The notes below the pieces were generated by a model. That model did not search any database. It was not told the origin of the DNA and worked only from the letters and a program-made list of their open reading frames with translations. This document shows, piece by piece, positions 49,586 through 64,000 of a stretch of DNA of 64,000 bases. Every line of letters starts with the position of its first letter. The first letter of the stretch is position 1. The position numbers and the translations under genes are program-made. Source of the stretch: Eledone cirrhosa (lineage: Eukaryota); the NCBI GenBank assembly GCA_964016885.1, contig OZ024743.1, positions 108,438,001-108,502,000 on the forward strand, in the 5' to 3' direction.

Positions 49586-49856
49586 TCAATAAGTCAGATG
49601 TAACAGCACACGAGAGTGCCTTATAAATTGGTTCATTAAAATCTCTTTATCTAAACTATTTTCTTTCTTTCTCCATAAACTTGGCAAGACCCCAACACTT
49701 TTACTCCATTCCAATAAATATGTATAAACAAACAAACACATCAACAAGAAAAATCAAATAAATATAAAACTCCCTTGAAAAAACAACATCCTCGTCTATG
49801 ATAAAGGTGGGTGAACCCTGAATTTTTACAAAGATGATAAAAATAAAATGAGCAGC

Positions 49857-49922
<66 letters not shown>

Positions 49923-50189
49923 TGTTATTGTTGAGGATAATGATAATGATAGTGTTTATCATAATGGGGGATGATGATGATGATGGTGGTAGTGGTGCTG
50001 ATGACGATGATGATATTAATCACCATCATAAATCAGCGAAGTCAGATATAAAAATTACTGTGGAATTGTTTATACAAACATTGCACATATACCAGAAAAG
50101 TAACTCGTGCACACGCAGGCGTATATATCTTATTCTTTTGTGATAAAAGTTATACACGCACATATATTAGTATATATATATATATATAT

Positions 50190-50267
<78 letters not shown>

Positions 50268-51232
50268 TAATATATGTGCGTGTCTATATATACATACGTA
50301 TTATATATACACACACGCATATATATATATAATTTTACATATATATATCCATATATAAATATATACAGATGGGCATACAACCATAGAGAAATACATATAC
50401 ACTTGCAAGCTTGCATACGTACAGATACAAAGATGCATGCATACATACATACATACATACATACATACATACATAGAGAAAGAGAAAACATACATACATA
50501 CATACATACATACATACATACATACATTGTGGCTGCCAACTCGTTTTCGAGTACGGCCACTACTTTATATCCATGTAGGAGAACCCCTACCGATGAGCTG
50601 AACGAGTGTGACTTTTTAGTCCAGCCAGCGACTTGAAAACTCTGGTACAACTATGGTACAACTGGTACAACTCTAACAATTATTGACACATAGTGCTGGG
50701 TCCATGGTACCATGTGACAACAAGTGCAGAGAGATCTCCAGATATAAAGCAATGCCTGTGCCGTAAAGCTTTTATAGTGAGCAAAGGCACTGCACAAAGC
50801 TAGTCCCACTCTCTTAACCAAGACGATATTTACCAAAAAGAAGAACAAGTCAACATCATTGGATACCATCAGGGTTGTAGGTGTTATATCAGAGTTTTCC
50901 TTCTCCTAGAATTCTGTCTTGACAAAGTCTAAGGGGTCATCTCTCCCGGTGATTTTGGATGGCCATTGACTCTTAAGAGCTCCTTTGCCTGTTCGCCCCA
51001 CCCCCACCCCATCCATGCAAGCCCGTCTTGCCCCACTTTCTTACTCACACCCTCATGGGAAGACAGGGTCTGCCCACCTGGTTCTTTCGGAGGGAGTTTC
51101 TCAAGCTTGGACATTCCACCCCCTTCTTCACTCCTCATATACTCCCCCCTCCCGTCCCTAAACCCCTCCGTATGGGGAGTGGGGTGCGTATTAACCGCTA
51201 AACACTTAGTTTTCCCCCTCTTTTTTGTTCTA

Positions 51233-51267
<35 letters not shown>

Positions 51268-51439
51268 CATATACACATATGTATATATATGTATGTATAT
51301 GTATATATGTATATATATATGTATATGTATATGTGTGTATATGCATATGTGTGTATATGTATATATGTGTGTATGTGTATGCGTGTATATATATATATGT
51401 ATATATGTGTGTATATATATATATATGTGTATATATATA

Positions 51440-51478
<39 letters not shown>

Positions 51479-52699
51479 ATATAGGTATGTGTGTATATAT
51501 ATGGCATACGCTACTTGGCAAATAACTATATGTATAACCTATCCTCCCCTTTTTTTCTCTTTCTCGATACGTAAATACTGTATATGTGTATATATGTGTG
51601 TATATATATATATATGTGTGTATATATTTATGTCAGGTCACCAGTTGGTGTTACTGGTAACATGTATCCCAGTACAACCTCTCTCATGGTCGGGTTGTTG
51701 GCGACTAAAGTGTCAATGCCACCAAGGTTTCTTGGTGAGGAGGGTGACTTTGGACTAAAAACAAAACCTGTCAAAGGACATACATACATACATACGTACA
51801 TATGTACATACACACATACATACGTACATATGTATATACATACATACTTACATACGTACGTACGTACGTACGTACATACACCTTCATTGGATATGGAACA
51901 GTGTGTGGTAAAATCTGTTTTTGAGTTTATTTTTATATCTCACCACACTTCTCTGTTAATTTCATTTTTCTCCTCTTCTCTGTGAATCACATTTCTCTCC
52001 TGTCTTCCCTATCTCCCCTTTCTCTCTATCCATACTCTCATATTTCCCTCTGCATCTCTCTTGCTAACCCCTCGCACTATCTCATTCGTACACTCGAAAT
52101 GTTCCCAAGATAGCAGATACAACTTCAGATATAGTACCGTAGGTGAATTCCTGGAAAATAAATAAATAAATAAAAGGACAATGCCTGCATACTCGACTTA
52201 GCAGAGAACATGATGGTGTCATTAACCGGTCCAGACAGTTTATTCTAGTAGTGTATTTCCCAGAAAATCCCTCCCGCCATATTCTCTCTCTGCATGTATT
52301 GTCTTCGATTCTATTCAGTACATACTCAAGAAACTAGCTGCTAGACTAGCCATTAATTTACCACCCCGATCACACCCATCACCACGACCACTACTACGAT
52401 CATCAGATATATCGCGCCGCCACCATAAGTCCCCAAAGTAGAAACCTCTTTGTGTCATTTAAATCTAGAAAGGCAATCGATTGAATACAATGTCTCAGCA
52501 GGCATCAGCCTCGAAACATTGTTCTCTCGATTTACCCTCTGACCACGCCAAAACAGTTTTAACCTTTGTCTCTTTACGGTTATTTACACAGATATTGAAA
52601 CATGCAGGAATGTACGTGATACCAACGGAAAGATTCATTCTTATTCTACGATCTTTCTTTCATAATATACGTCTCGACTACATTGCTTTTTGGGGTAGA

Positions 52700-52786
52700 T
52701 TGGCTGAAAGTATTATCCACACTCCATCTTTAGCCACCTCTAATCTCGTTTCCATTCTTACGGATCAACAACATGGTTTCCGCTGA
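52700..52786 (+). pseudogene. Tiny LINE RT remnant (CR1/Jockey-like)
   Basis: LAESIIHTPSLATSNLVSILTDQQHGFR resembles the E.II...L.D.QHGFR RT segment. Confidence 0.4.
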
Positions 52787-52866
52787 GTTACAACAAGCGA
52801 ATAACCACATATATGTTTCTCTATCAGCACTAACTCGCTCATCTTTCTTTATTTCTTTCTTTCGTT

Positions 52867-52931
<65 letters not shown>

Positions 52932-53699
52932 TCTCTCTCTTCCTTTTTCTCTCTCTCTCTCTACCTCCATCCTTCTCTTTCGCTCTCTCTTCTTGTCACA
53001 CTCATTTTGTCCTCATATCTTTCTCTATCTATTCTACTTCTACCTCCCTCTATTTGTTTCTCTCATTCTTCCGTATCTCTTTCTTTACATAAATCCACCT
53101 CCTTCCTTTGGACACACTAATATATCTGACATTTCAACTTTATAAATATTAACCACTCAAAAGGACAATAATATAGTCGTGAGTCAACTAGAAAGCACCT
53201 ATTTAGAGAATCGCCTTATGTGAAATTACACCTAACTCCACCTCACCTGAGTCTGTAACACACTGTTTGAAACAAAGAGACATTGGGTAATGTAGTCATA
53301 GATTTTGTCAGAAAGAAACAAAAGATGGGATGATCATTGTTAAAAAGTACTTTCTTAAATCCGCCCCCTGTATGATGAGTGACACAGGTAAAAAAAAACT
53401 GTTATTCACTCATAGTTCATCATATACTAGTCTGGTATTTTCTGACTATATAACATATCCACTACCGGCAATATTAGTACCAATACCACTACAACAACAA
53501 CAACGGCACTAGTTCTTCATTGCCACAAAATCAGACACGCCATGCAAAAGCAGTTACATATTTCATATTATTTTCAGGTATAATTATATGTTGCTCATTA
53601 TGTCTGGTAGGTAGGTCAGAAATGTATTATTAACGATAATATTATAGTTTTGAATTAGATTGGCATATATGCCGATTCAATCAACAAAGCAATCATGAC

Positions 53700-53890
53700 G
53701 GCAATGCGTCACACGTCACTCCAATTTACTCCACATAAATCCCGTCTGTTCCACGTCATTCTGGGAACGTCCCTTCCAGGTTTTTCATCGACAGCGACTG
53801 AAACATTTGAAACACTTCTTGTTTTAGAGCGCGTAGGAAAATATTTCGTCTAAGAACATCATTCTCCAAACAGGAAGTTTTCTCCATCAC
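53700..53890 (-). mobile_element. Possible RTE-type LINE C-terminal relic
   Basis: Minus strand VDEKPGRDVPRMTW resembles V.G...RGRP.KTW. Confidence 0.3.
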
Positions 53891-54050
53891 TTATTTCGAT
53901 ATGTAGAGTAGTAATGTGCTGCAATGGGAACAACATGGTTAAATGTGCTCACGTGCCATATAAGAAATGCCAGCTTCAAATCTTGCAGATATATCCATCC
54001 ATCTCTTTTTCGCAATCCAATTATTATATAGAGTTTGTTAGTTATCGATT

Positions 54051-54237
54051 TGAATTGGCACTATCGGTAGATGGTTGGACGTCATGCTTTCCAGCATAGT
54101 TACGTCCCTTTACGGCCTGAGATCAAATCCCGTCGAGGTTAACTTTGCCTTTCATCCTTACGGCGTCGATAAAATAAAGTACCAGTAATGTACTGGGTAA
54201 TTGCTGGCCTTGTGTCAAAAGTAGAAACAATTATTAT
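54051..54237 (+). mobile_element. SINE family A
   Basis: A/B boxes, central domain, tail. Confidence 0.9.
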
Positions 54238-54395
54238 AGTTGAATGATAATATTTCCAACTTCCCAATTTCTTAATGCTTCGTAAAAAAGTCAACACTTA
54301 ATACATATATATATATATCTACACACACACACACGATTGTCCTTTGGACTAGGTGGTCTACCAACTTTGGATATCAACTCCCGGTCTTTTACCAC

Positions 54396-54438
<43 letters not shown>

Positions 54439-54513
54439 AACTGAATATATATACGATTGAAGTATGAATTCCTTGCGTGCTTTTATTTATATCCTTTTAA
54501 TATATATTTTACC

Positions 54514-54688
54514 GTTGGATTGGCACTATCGGTACAGGGGTTGGACCCAATGGTTTGAAGCATAGAGTTACCTCTTTTTATGATCTGAGTTCAAATCCCG
54601 CCGAGGTTAACTTGCAGGGTCGATAAAATAGTGTACCAGTAATACACTGGATAATTGCTGGCCTTGTGCCAAAAGTAGAAACAATTAT
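54514..54688 (+). mobile_element. SINE family A with short internal deletion
   Basis: A/B boxes; cctttcatccttac is missing. Confidence 0.88.
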
Positions 54689-55260
54689 AATCTCTCAGAT
54701 TTTTCAAAGCTCACATCTATCGGCACCTTGCGATAGTGAGTGAGGAGTCTAGTTGGTAGGGGAAGGCATACGTATTTCTAATAGCACTAATACTTGTTGA
54801 GAGAGAGGAGAGCGGGGAGTAAAAGTTTCTAAAACATTTGTATCCATGCTTATGACTTACTAAATAAATTAACGTTAGTGGAAGTGGCATGGAGTGGAGA
54901 TTAGGTCTCACTATGTTTTAGAAGAGTGGGAATCATATGGAGTCCGGTCAGGTAGATAGAAACCGACTTGACGCCGCTACTTGTATCGAAAAAATGTAGA
55001 AGTTGCTTGTCTTTTTATCTGAATGCTATCAGATGAACTTGCGCCAACGGTTGTATAGTGATCACACTACTTGGGCATCAACGCCAGAGAACTACTGTAT
55101 GTATAATAGGTAAATAAATGTATGCACAATTTCATTTGACCCTCGCTAATATTTACTGTAATGTATGTATATTCCGGCCTAAACTACCAAAACTAAATCT
55201 GATTGGTACATGTCGTCCAGTACATATTTCTATTGATATCACTGTTAAATAATTAGAGTG

Positions 55261-55610
<350 letters not shown>

Positions 55611-56108
55611 TCCCGTGTTCAATCTGGGGTAATCACAGTAAGTAAGGCACTCAATACATAGTTGAGTATATAACAAATTTAATATAGAAATAGCTTCAAC
55701 ATAACTAGAGTTGTTTCATTCGAAGGAAATCACCAGGAAACCCATATATATATATATATATATATTTATTTATGAGAGTAATTGTCTGTGTTTGTGTGAG
55801 TTCGGAAAAAGGCAATAGATATAGATTAATTGAAATTAATACAGAAATTTCATGAAACTTGTTCGACTCTTACTTCGAATAAGTGAATCAACATATTCAG
55901 GTCAGACAGGATGCAAGAAAATGGATTTCGACTAATTTATATACGCACGTTTTATCTCCTCATTTGTTTCTTTAATATGGATTGGTGGTTTCGTTCCTTA
56001 CTTCTTTATTTGATTTGTTTCTCCTTTAATTAAGTTACATGTCATGATTTCTTTTTTTGTAATTGACTAATTGAAACGTACCGAATGATTTAAAATGCAT
56101 GTGAACTT

Positions 56109-56168
<60 letters not shown>

Positions 56169-56270
56169 GCATATATACGTATGTGTGTGTGTGTGCGCGC
56201 GCGTGTGTGTTACTGAGTGTGCTCAAACCTATCATGTACACATACGCACAAACACATATATAACGTATAT

Positions 56271-56318
<48 letters not shown>

Positions 56319-56339
56319 ACACATACACACACACACACG

Positions 56340-56728
<389 letters not shown>

Positions 56729-57327
56729 TTCAAATTAGAGACTGTTATTAATTATATACTGGATTTGAGATTTCCTTTGTTGGTAAGAGATATCATGAGA
56801 ACTAAATCGAAATATGTGAATAACTTCCTATGTTTTTTAACTAATATTATGTGTTATTTCATTAGGTTAGGTAGCAAGGATCAATACAGCTACTCTGGTA
56901 TTTATTCAAACCCTCTAATGCAGCAGATAATTCACTCCTGTTTTGATGCAAAACCGACCAAATTCATCGCTGGTTTTATGCTATAAAACCTATTCTTTTA
57001 AAGTGTATATCTAAAGCCTTCCCATCATGATTGTACGTAAGAGCTTATGTTACGTTACGGTCCAAACAAGAGCTTGACGACGAGAAATGTAGTTATATAT
57101 TTAGCTCCTTCAAGATTATTGATGTGTGTATGCATGCATGGCTGGATGGAGTGATAGGCTCGTATCAGAGGTATGCAGCATTTCTTGGTCATATAATACG
57201 TGCTGAAGCTACTCCCTCTCTATGTTTGAACACAATCGTTTTCTACCAGAGCAGATGAGCGACAGCGACTCGGAGGAAATAATAAAGATATATGGAAGAA
57301 GAATCGAACCAAGTATTGAACTGCTAA

Positions 57328-57456
57328 TATTTTTACCGACATTCCAAAATGAAAGGCAAACTTGAACTCACCGAGAGTTGAGCTCAAATTCCTGAGAGTT
57401 GGAACGAATAACGCAGCACATTATCTCAGACACTGAAATCACTCCACCAACTCCCC
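57328..57456 (-). mobile_element. Diverged SINE family A copy
   Basis: ttttaccgac...atgaaaggcaaacttgaactcaccgagagttgagctc. Confidence 0.55.
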
Positions 57457-57719
57457 GACTAGATGAAATAGTTTACTGACTCTAATACTTCAGAGAGAAG
57501 TATGAAATAACACCACAATATATCCTGTTATTGATCAATTCTGATATACATCACTTTGAGGATTAATACCTATTATGTTTTTGTACACACCCCATAATCA
57601 TATGTACCATGTAAAATAAATCGTTATTGGAACTCTAACATTTAGCGATATCTCAGAGTATTTCTAGCAATATCCCGCACAAGCATGACTGGAAGTGGGT
57701 CAACTATCTGAATACACAT

Positions 57720-57781
<62 letters not shown>

Positions 57782-59554
57782 CTTTAAGGAGAAAATGATA
57801 TAGATGCCAACGTTCGGTTCGTGAAGTTCAGTATTTTTTTCACGTTCACAAAGGAGGCCCGAAGGCAGTTGTTTCCCCAACCCTTCCAATATTTCTAGAT
57901 ATTTTCTTCTTCAGTTTTTTATTTTTTAAAATCATTTAACTTGCACTCCTGCAAAAGACCACCGCAGTATATTGATAGACAGCGTATCTACTCTGGCAGA
58001 ATATAAAAAATAAAATCACTCGGAAAATAAAAAGCTTGGTGATTGACTCGCCAATTGTTAAACTGTGGCAACATATATTATCATATTATGTATTTTTATT
58101 GGTTTTATTTCATCTTTTCACAAATGTTTTGCTCCAAGTTGCACTTTACACTTTACCACAATCTTAGACTCTTATGTTAAGCAGAACGGAATAAAATCAA
58201 ATAAGTCTTTGGTGGGTCGTGGCAGGGCTTTTGTTTTGTTGAGTGCCGTTTTCCCTCCAGTTCAATTGAACGCGCTTTACTTGAACATTTTTTCTTTTCA
58301 TTTAATATTTTATACCTTCAATTTCTCAAGCAGAAGCATTCCAAAAATAATGTAATTTCATTCGTTGTTGTTTATCCCAAAGCAATAGTTGTGAATTATT
58401 CTATACTAAAATGTTTCCTTCGTATTATAATGAACTTTTTTTAAAGAATATATCCTGAAAACAGTTGCTGGATTTTAATAATATATCTTGACTCTACAAT
58501 TGCGATAACATAACTGCGTAACCTTTTCACGCAATACAAGCTCCCTGTGAGTTAGATTGTTTGTACCTCCACCAATAGAAAATAATAAATAATAAATAGA
58601 AGAAGAAGAAGAAGAAGAAGAAGAAGAAGAAGAAGAAGAAGAAGAAGAAGAAGAAGAAGAAGAAGACCAATACTGGCATTTTTTCTACAGATTTTATATA
58701 CTAGCCACGTCAGTGCCTTAGACGTTCGTTTTTATGTTTGTATGTAAATGTGTATGTATGTGTGTGTGTATGTATGTATGTATAGTGCACAGTCTTTCCT
58801 CTCTTTAAAAAAATCTCCATGCACAGGCATTGCACGATAGAATTAATTAATAATTATTAATGTTATATTGTGCAATGGCCATAAACGAGGGGGCAGCCAT
58901 CATGTATGTATGTGTGTATCTATATACCTACGTATGTATATTGACGCGTAACTCTTCATGGAATCATAGGGTCGATAGAATGGCACGGCGTTTCATAGTT
59001 ATTTTAATCCCTTTTCTAATTGAGACCATAAACGTTATCTTCCAGAGATAGAGAGAGTGAGATTAAGAGTGAGAGAGAGATAATGAAAGAAAGAGAGAGA
59101 GTCAACAATAGGTGCAGAGTAAGATTTGACTCTGGACCGGTATTTATTTTTTGATCTTTCCAAAATGCAGACTTGTGCAAGACAAATAGATGATGATACA
59201 ACAGGGTTTCCCTTCTCCAAGCCACCGATGATAGTTAGGGCAACAGACAAGGGCAGATCAAAGATGGAACAATGAATCCTTAACTATTACCGTTAGAACG
59301 GAAGATGTGCCAGAATATACATCTCACAGTGATATGATACACTTTAATATTTCCGCCAATCTCCCTTCATGGATTCGTTCTTTATTTCTCAACCTGCAAA
59401 GTATAAAAGGCAAAGCTGACATCATCAGAATTATAATTCAGGATGCAGAGAGCCAGAATAGATACTGGGAGATGTTCTCTACGATATTTAAAAATGTCTC
59501 TAGTGCAATGAATAATATTACATCTATCAAAAATGTTTTCATGTTTTCTACTGT

Positions 59555-59850
59555 CATCCACCACAACAAACACTACCAACAAATGATACAACTTCACGTA
59601 AACTTGACCACCACCACCACCACCACCAATAACAACAACAAAACACCACTACCACCATGCAAAAAGCATTTCCAACAAACAACAACTACAACCAACGTCA
59701 CCACCATGACCAACCCCAAAACAACAACAGCCAACACGATAATCAGTAACACAAACAACACCATGACAACTAACACTACAAGCAACAGTATCTCCCACAG
59801 AGCCACTACAAGACTTAACTATAAATTCAACAATAACAATAACTATACAA
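59555..59850. repeat. Degenerate (CAA/CAC)n low-complexity tract
   Basis: Direct inspection. Confidence 0.85.
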
Positions 59851-60349
59851 GCAAAACGAGAATATATTAAAAAGCAATTTGGATATCATTTCCTAGGATC
59901 GTATCATAAATAATGTATGTATGCGATAACATTCTAGTCCATGCGATATTTTATAGGAGTTTTATGTTTTAATTTTCTATAATGATTTCCTTTTATTTAT
60001 TTCTTCATTTATGTTATATTATTTATATTTTATTATATTTTCTCTACAATTGTACCCCTGGGAGAAAAGCAAAAGTCTCCTTGGTTAGCAATTAGTAAAC
60101 TAATGAGGTTTATAACAACACTAATTGCACCACTAAACTACATAATTTATCTTTATATATATTTCATTTTTGTTCATTATTTAATTTTTTTCGTTTAAAA
60201 TTTATTGTTTTTTTTATCTGCTGTTGATTATTCGTTGTTTTATTTGGTTGTCAATGAATATGTTTTTTTCCTCTTAGTTTTGATAGCTAGGGTAACATTA
60301 ACTGAAGTTAGCTTAGACACACATACATACACTCCAAGATGTATGTATG

Positions 60350-60399
<50 letters not shown>

Positions 60400-60444
60400 T
60401 ATATATATATATTTATATATATATATACATAAATACATATATAT

Positions 60445-60492
<48 letters not shown>

Positions 60493-60999
60493 CTGTGTGC
60501 GTGTATGTGTTTGTATATGTGGCGGTGTGTTTGTATCTGTGTCTGTATGTTTGTTATGTTGGTATTACATTTCCATTTCTATAATGGCCTAGTACGTCAC
60601 GAAAGACGGTATGGCATTAAACGATAAAATAATGAAAAGATATATCCATCATAAAATATCCCCCACCGCCAATGGAAAAAATTCATATCCAAGTAAAAAA
60701 AAAAAAACACCAGACATACTCTACTAAGAGGAATATATTTTTACTTTTGCTCATTTTATGAGCATTTTCCCCTTCATTTCTCAAGTTGTACGCTTTTTTT
60801 TCTTTAACATCATTATGGCCTAATATCGTTTTAATTGAGATTGCACTGTGGTGGGTTTTGAAGAAAATGGTGCGTTTTCCTAAAGTTATTTTTATTTTTA
60901 CTTTTAGTTTCATTTTTTTTTTACTAGAATAAGGTCTATTAAGAATTATAGCTGAAAGTTTATACACGCACGCACACACACTCACACACACATATATGC

Positions 61000-61043
<44 letters not shown>

Positions 61044-61046
61044 ACT

Positions 61047-61079
<33 letters not shown>

Positions 61080-61097
61080 ACATATATATATATATAA

Positions 61098-61210
<113 letters not shown>

Positions 61211-62237
61211 GTTATTTATATAGTTGTGTGCATATGTGTGTAAATGGGCTTATAATCTCAGGCAAAGTCATCCCAGCTGAACCACAACGAAATAAATATA
61301 TTGAAATACATGTCTGAAGTGGGTAAGATTAACCAATGCAGTGGCGTACTAGATGCACTAAAGAAAAGTAACATTGTTAAATAATATTGAAGAATCGCAG
61401 AGGGTAGCCAAGTAGACGTGCATGTTGTTATGCAGACTGACACGTTTATTAGTCAAATTAGATCTCAGCTAAACTTCTGTAAAAACATTATATCATCACA
61501 CAGAATTTCACACACACAAGCACGCACTGACACACGATTATACACCCGAAGGTTTGCTTTAGCGAACACTAGGAAAATATGCTGATAACCGAAGTAGAAA
61601 ATTTTATATATTTTTTATTATATTACTGACATTATAAATATAACTTCTGTGGTGTAAAATATTATTTCCACTCTTGCTCAGACATTTGTTGAAAATGAAA
61701 CTTTTCCCCATCAATTCGTTTGAAGTTATCTCTGACAGAACATCAGTCCACAGTAAACAGTTAAGTGATCGCTTCATGCTTTTGGAAATAGAACGCGAGT
61801 GACCATGGGTAGCATATTAATGACAACTTTAAACATGTATGTCTGTGACAAGAAGGAATATAGATCAAAGGATGCCTTGTCATCGTATTTTCCTGCAAAT
61901 AAGTAGACGCATTGTGGGTAATAAATGGATTCATACAAGCTAAACAAACATAAACTGTGCCAATCGCATTCTTATACGTGCATGAATAAGTCCACTCGCA
62001 TATGCATGAATATCATCTTTCCCACGCCCACTCACTGTACCTCATTCTCTCTCTCAACGCCTCCCAAAATGTTCTGCCCAAATTTCTTTCTTAGTTAAAC
62101 TCAGTGTCTTTTCCATACGTAACCCTATTTTTGGTGCAATATTTTGTAGATATCTTCTGCTGAACGGAATTATGTATTCATGTATATATATATATATATA
62201 TATGATTATGCATATGTATGAAGGAATGGAGTTACGG

Positions 62238-62386
<149 letters not shown>

Positions 62387-62610
62387 CATTCTTTCACCCA
62401 GTTATGAATATATTCTCAAGAATTCTGTTGTGTAACAAAAAAAGAGATATTACAAAGAGCAATAACTCCGAAAGAATTGTCGATTGCTTCTTTTTGCTGC
62501 CACTAGAACAACAGGATGACGATGGTCGTCTAAAGCACATGTCGTTATGAGTCTCTTTGCTTGAAAACAAATCAATTATTAATATAATTATAATAATATT
62601 ATATTATTAT

Positions 62611-62800
62611 TTGAATTGGCAGTAGCGGTAGAGGGTCGGACGCCATGCTTTGACGCATAGAGTTACGGCCCTTGCCATTCTGAGTTCAAATCCCGCCGAG
62701 GTTAACTTTGCCTTTCATCCTTACGGGGTCGATAAAATAAAGTACCAGTAATACACTGGGAAATTGCTGGCCTTGTGCCAACAGTAGAAACAATTATTAT
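62611..62800 (+). mobile_element. SINE family A, young short form
   Basis: tggcagtagcgg A box, gagttcaaatcc B box, central domain, gaaacaattattat tail. Confidence 0.92.
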
Positions 62801-62897
62801 TATACTATATAAAACTCTCAACTGCATTTCCCTATCTGCCATGTTGCAGCGAAAACAAATTTTGTTAATATTAAGCATATATATATATATATATATG

Positions 62898-62946
<49 letters not shown>

Positions 62947-63198
62947 GGGGAGGAAACTGTGGCAGCATGCTACTACGTCCGCCTATGGGTCAAAAATATG
63001 GCACACACTTATTCCACTCTGTCTTTGCTTGTTTTCTCAAAGCTTACATTCATTCCTTTGGTATACATCCATTACGCAATTTACACTTGATGTGGTCACC
63101 GGATTCTTACGCAACTTAGCCACTGAAATGCGCGTGGTGGTTACAGTAATAAAAAAAAAGAAGGAAATTCAGCATATTTGGCATCCTATCATTTTGAC

Positions 63199-63387
63199 GG
63201 TGGATTGGCAGTATCGGTAGAGAGTCGGACGCCATGCTTTGACGCATAGAGTTACGGCCCTTGCCATTCTGAGTTCAAATCCCGCCGAGGTTAACTTTGC
63301 CTTTCATGATTACGGGATCGATAAAATAAAATACCAGTAATGGTACTGGTTATTGCTGGCCTTGTGCCAAAAGTAGAAGCAGTTATT
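63199..63387 (+). mobile_element. SINE family A, young short form
   Basis: Closely similar to the 62611 copy. Confidence 0.92.
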
Positions 63388-63904
63388 TCACTTTATAATA
63401 TATATATATACAACGTCCGTTCTGTTGTCTTCGCGAATAGCTATCTTTTTTTGTCCATCATTGATAGTGATTTGTAATGCCTTTGGAAGCATCCGAATCT
63501 ATAATTATCACCAGAAGACGGTTCATGAGAAGGCATTTTCCATGTGTGTGTCCCTTCTCAGTTTTCTGTTTCCAGTATTTGGTGCACATGTCTGATAATA
63601 TATTTATATATATGTGTGTGTGTGCGTGTGTGTGTGTGTGTATGCGCGTGTGGATGGGTGTGTGTGTCACTTGTGTGTATACTTGCCACCTTTATTTCTC
63701 TCCCTTTATATCTTTGTCTAATTCATGCTTTTTTTTTGCCAGCATGGAGTACATCGCGTCTTTTTTTTCATTTCATGTTTAAAAGTTACATAATCAATAC
63801 CTCCCTCTTTCTGTATCACATTCCGTTACCTTGGAAGTCTATTGATTTAGGTAATGTACCGTAAATATATCATGACATCTTCAAACCAATATAGATTGAA
63901 TGAA

Positions 63905-63964
<60 letters not shown>

Positions 63965-64000
63965 CATATATAAACATATATACATTTACACACATACCTA

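Noticed and set aside
50585-50640. CCGATGA-gctg...cagc motif
   Set aside because: Followed by GACT rather than GAAA, with no stem I or III
58828-58877. 12-bp stem cattgcacgata/tattgtgcaatg around an AT-rich loop
   Set aside because: Short and AT-rich; compatible with chance
59307-59870. 187-aa ORF
   Set aside because: The second half is CAA/CAC low-complexity sequence and the first half has no recognisable motif

Overview
Eukaryotic, AT-rich, microsatellite-saturated non-coding DNA (intronic or intergenic). The SINE families resemble those I recall from octopus/coleoid cephalopod genomes; this is an inference, not a database result. No host protein-coding exon can be supported, and nearly all ORFs in the track are read-throughs of (TA)n/(CA)n/(CT)n/triplet repeats. 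Supportable content: two 5'-truncated Penelope-like retroelements (RT-thumb remnant, Cys-rich linker, C-terminal GIY-YIG) with inverted pseudo-LTRs; about ten hammerhead-ribozyme (HHR) motifs or remnants, many in tiny fold-back cassettes in or beside (TA)n tracts; at least 12 copies of a tRNA-derived SINE plus CORE-like SINEs; a Tx1/L1-type RT relic; and a 3.2-kb duplication straddling a 200-N gap, probably a haplotype assembly artefact. The most interesting signal is the recurring minimal-hammerhead-plus-inverted-copy architecture, with junctions at or next to the ribozyme core or cleavage palindrome.
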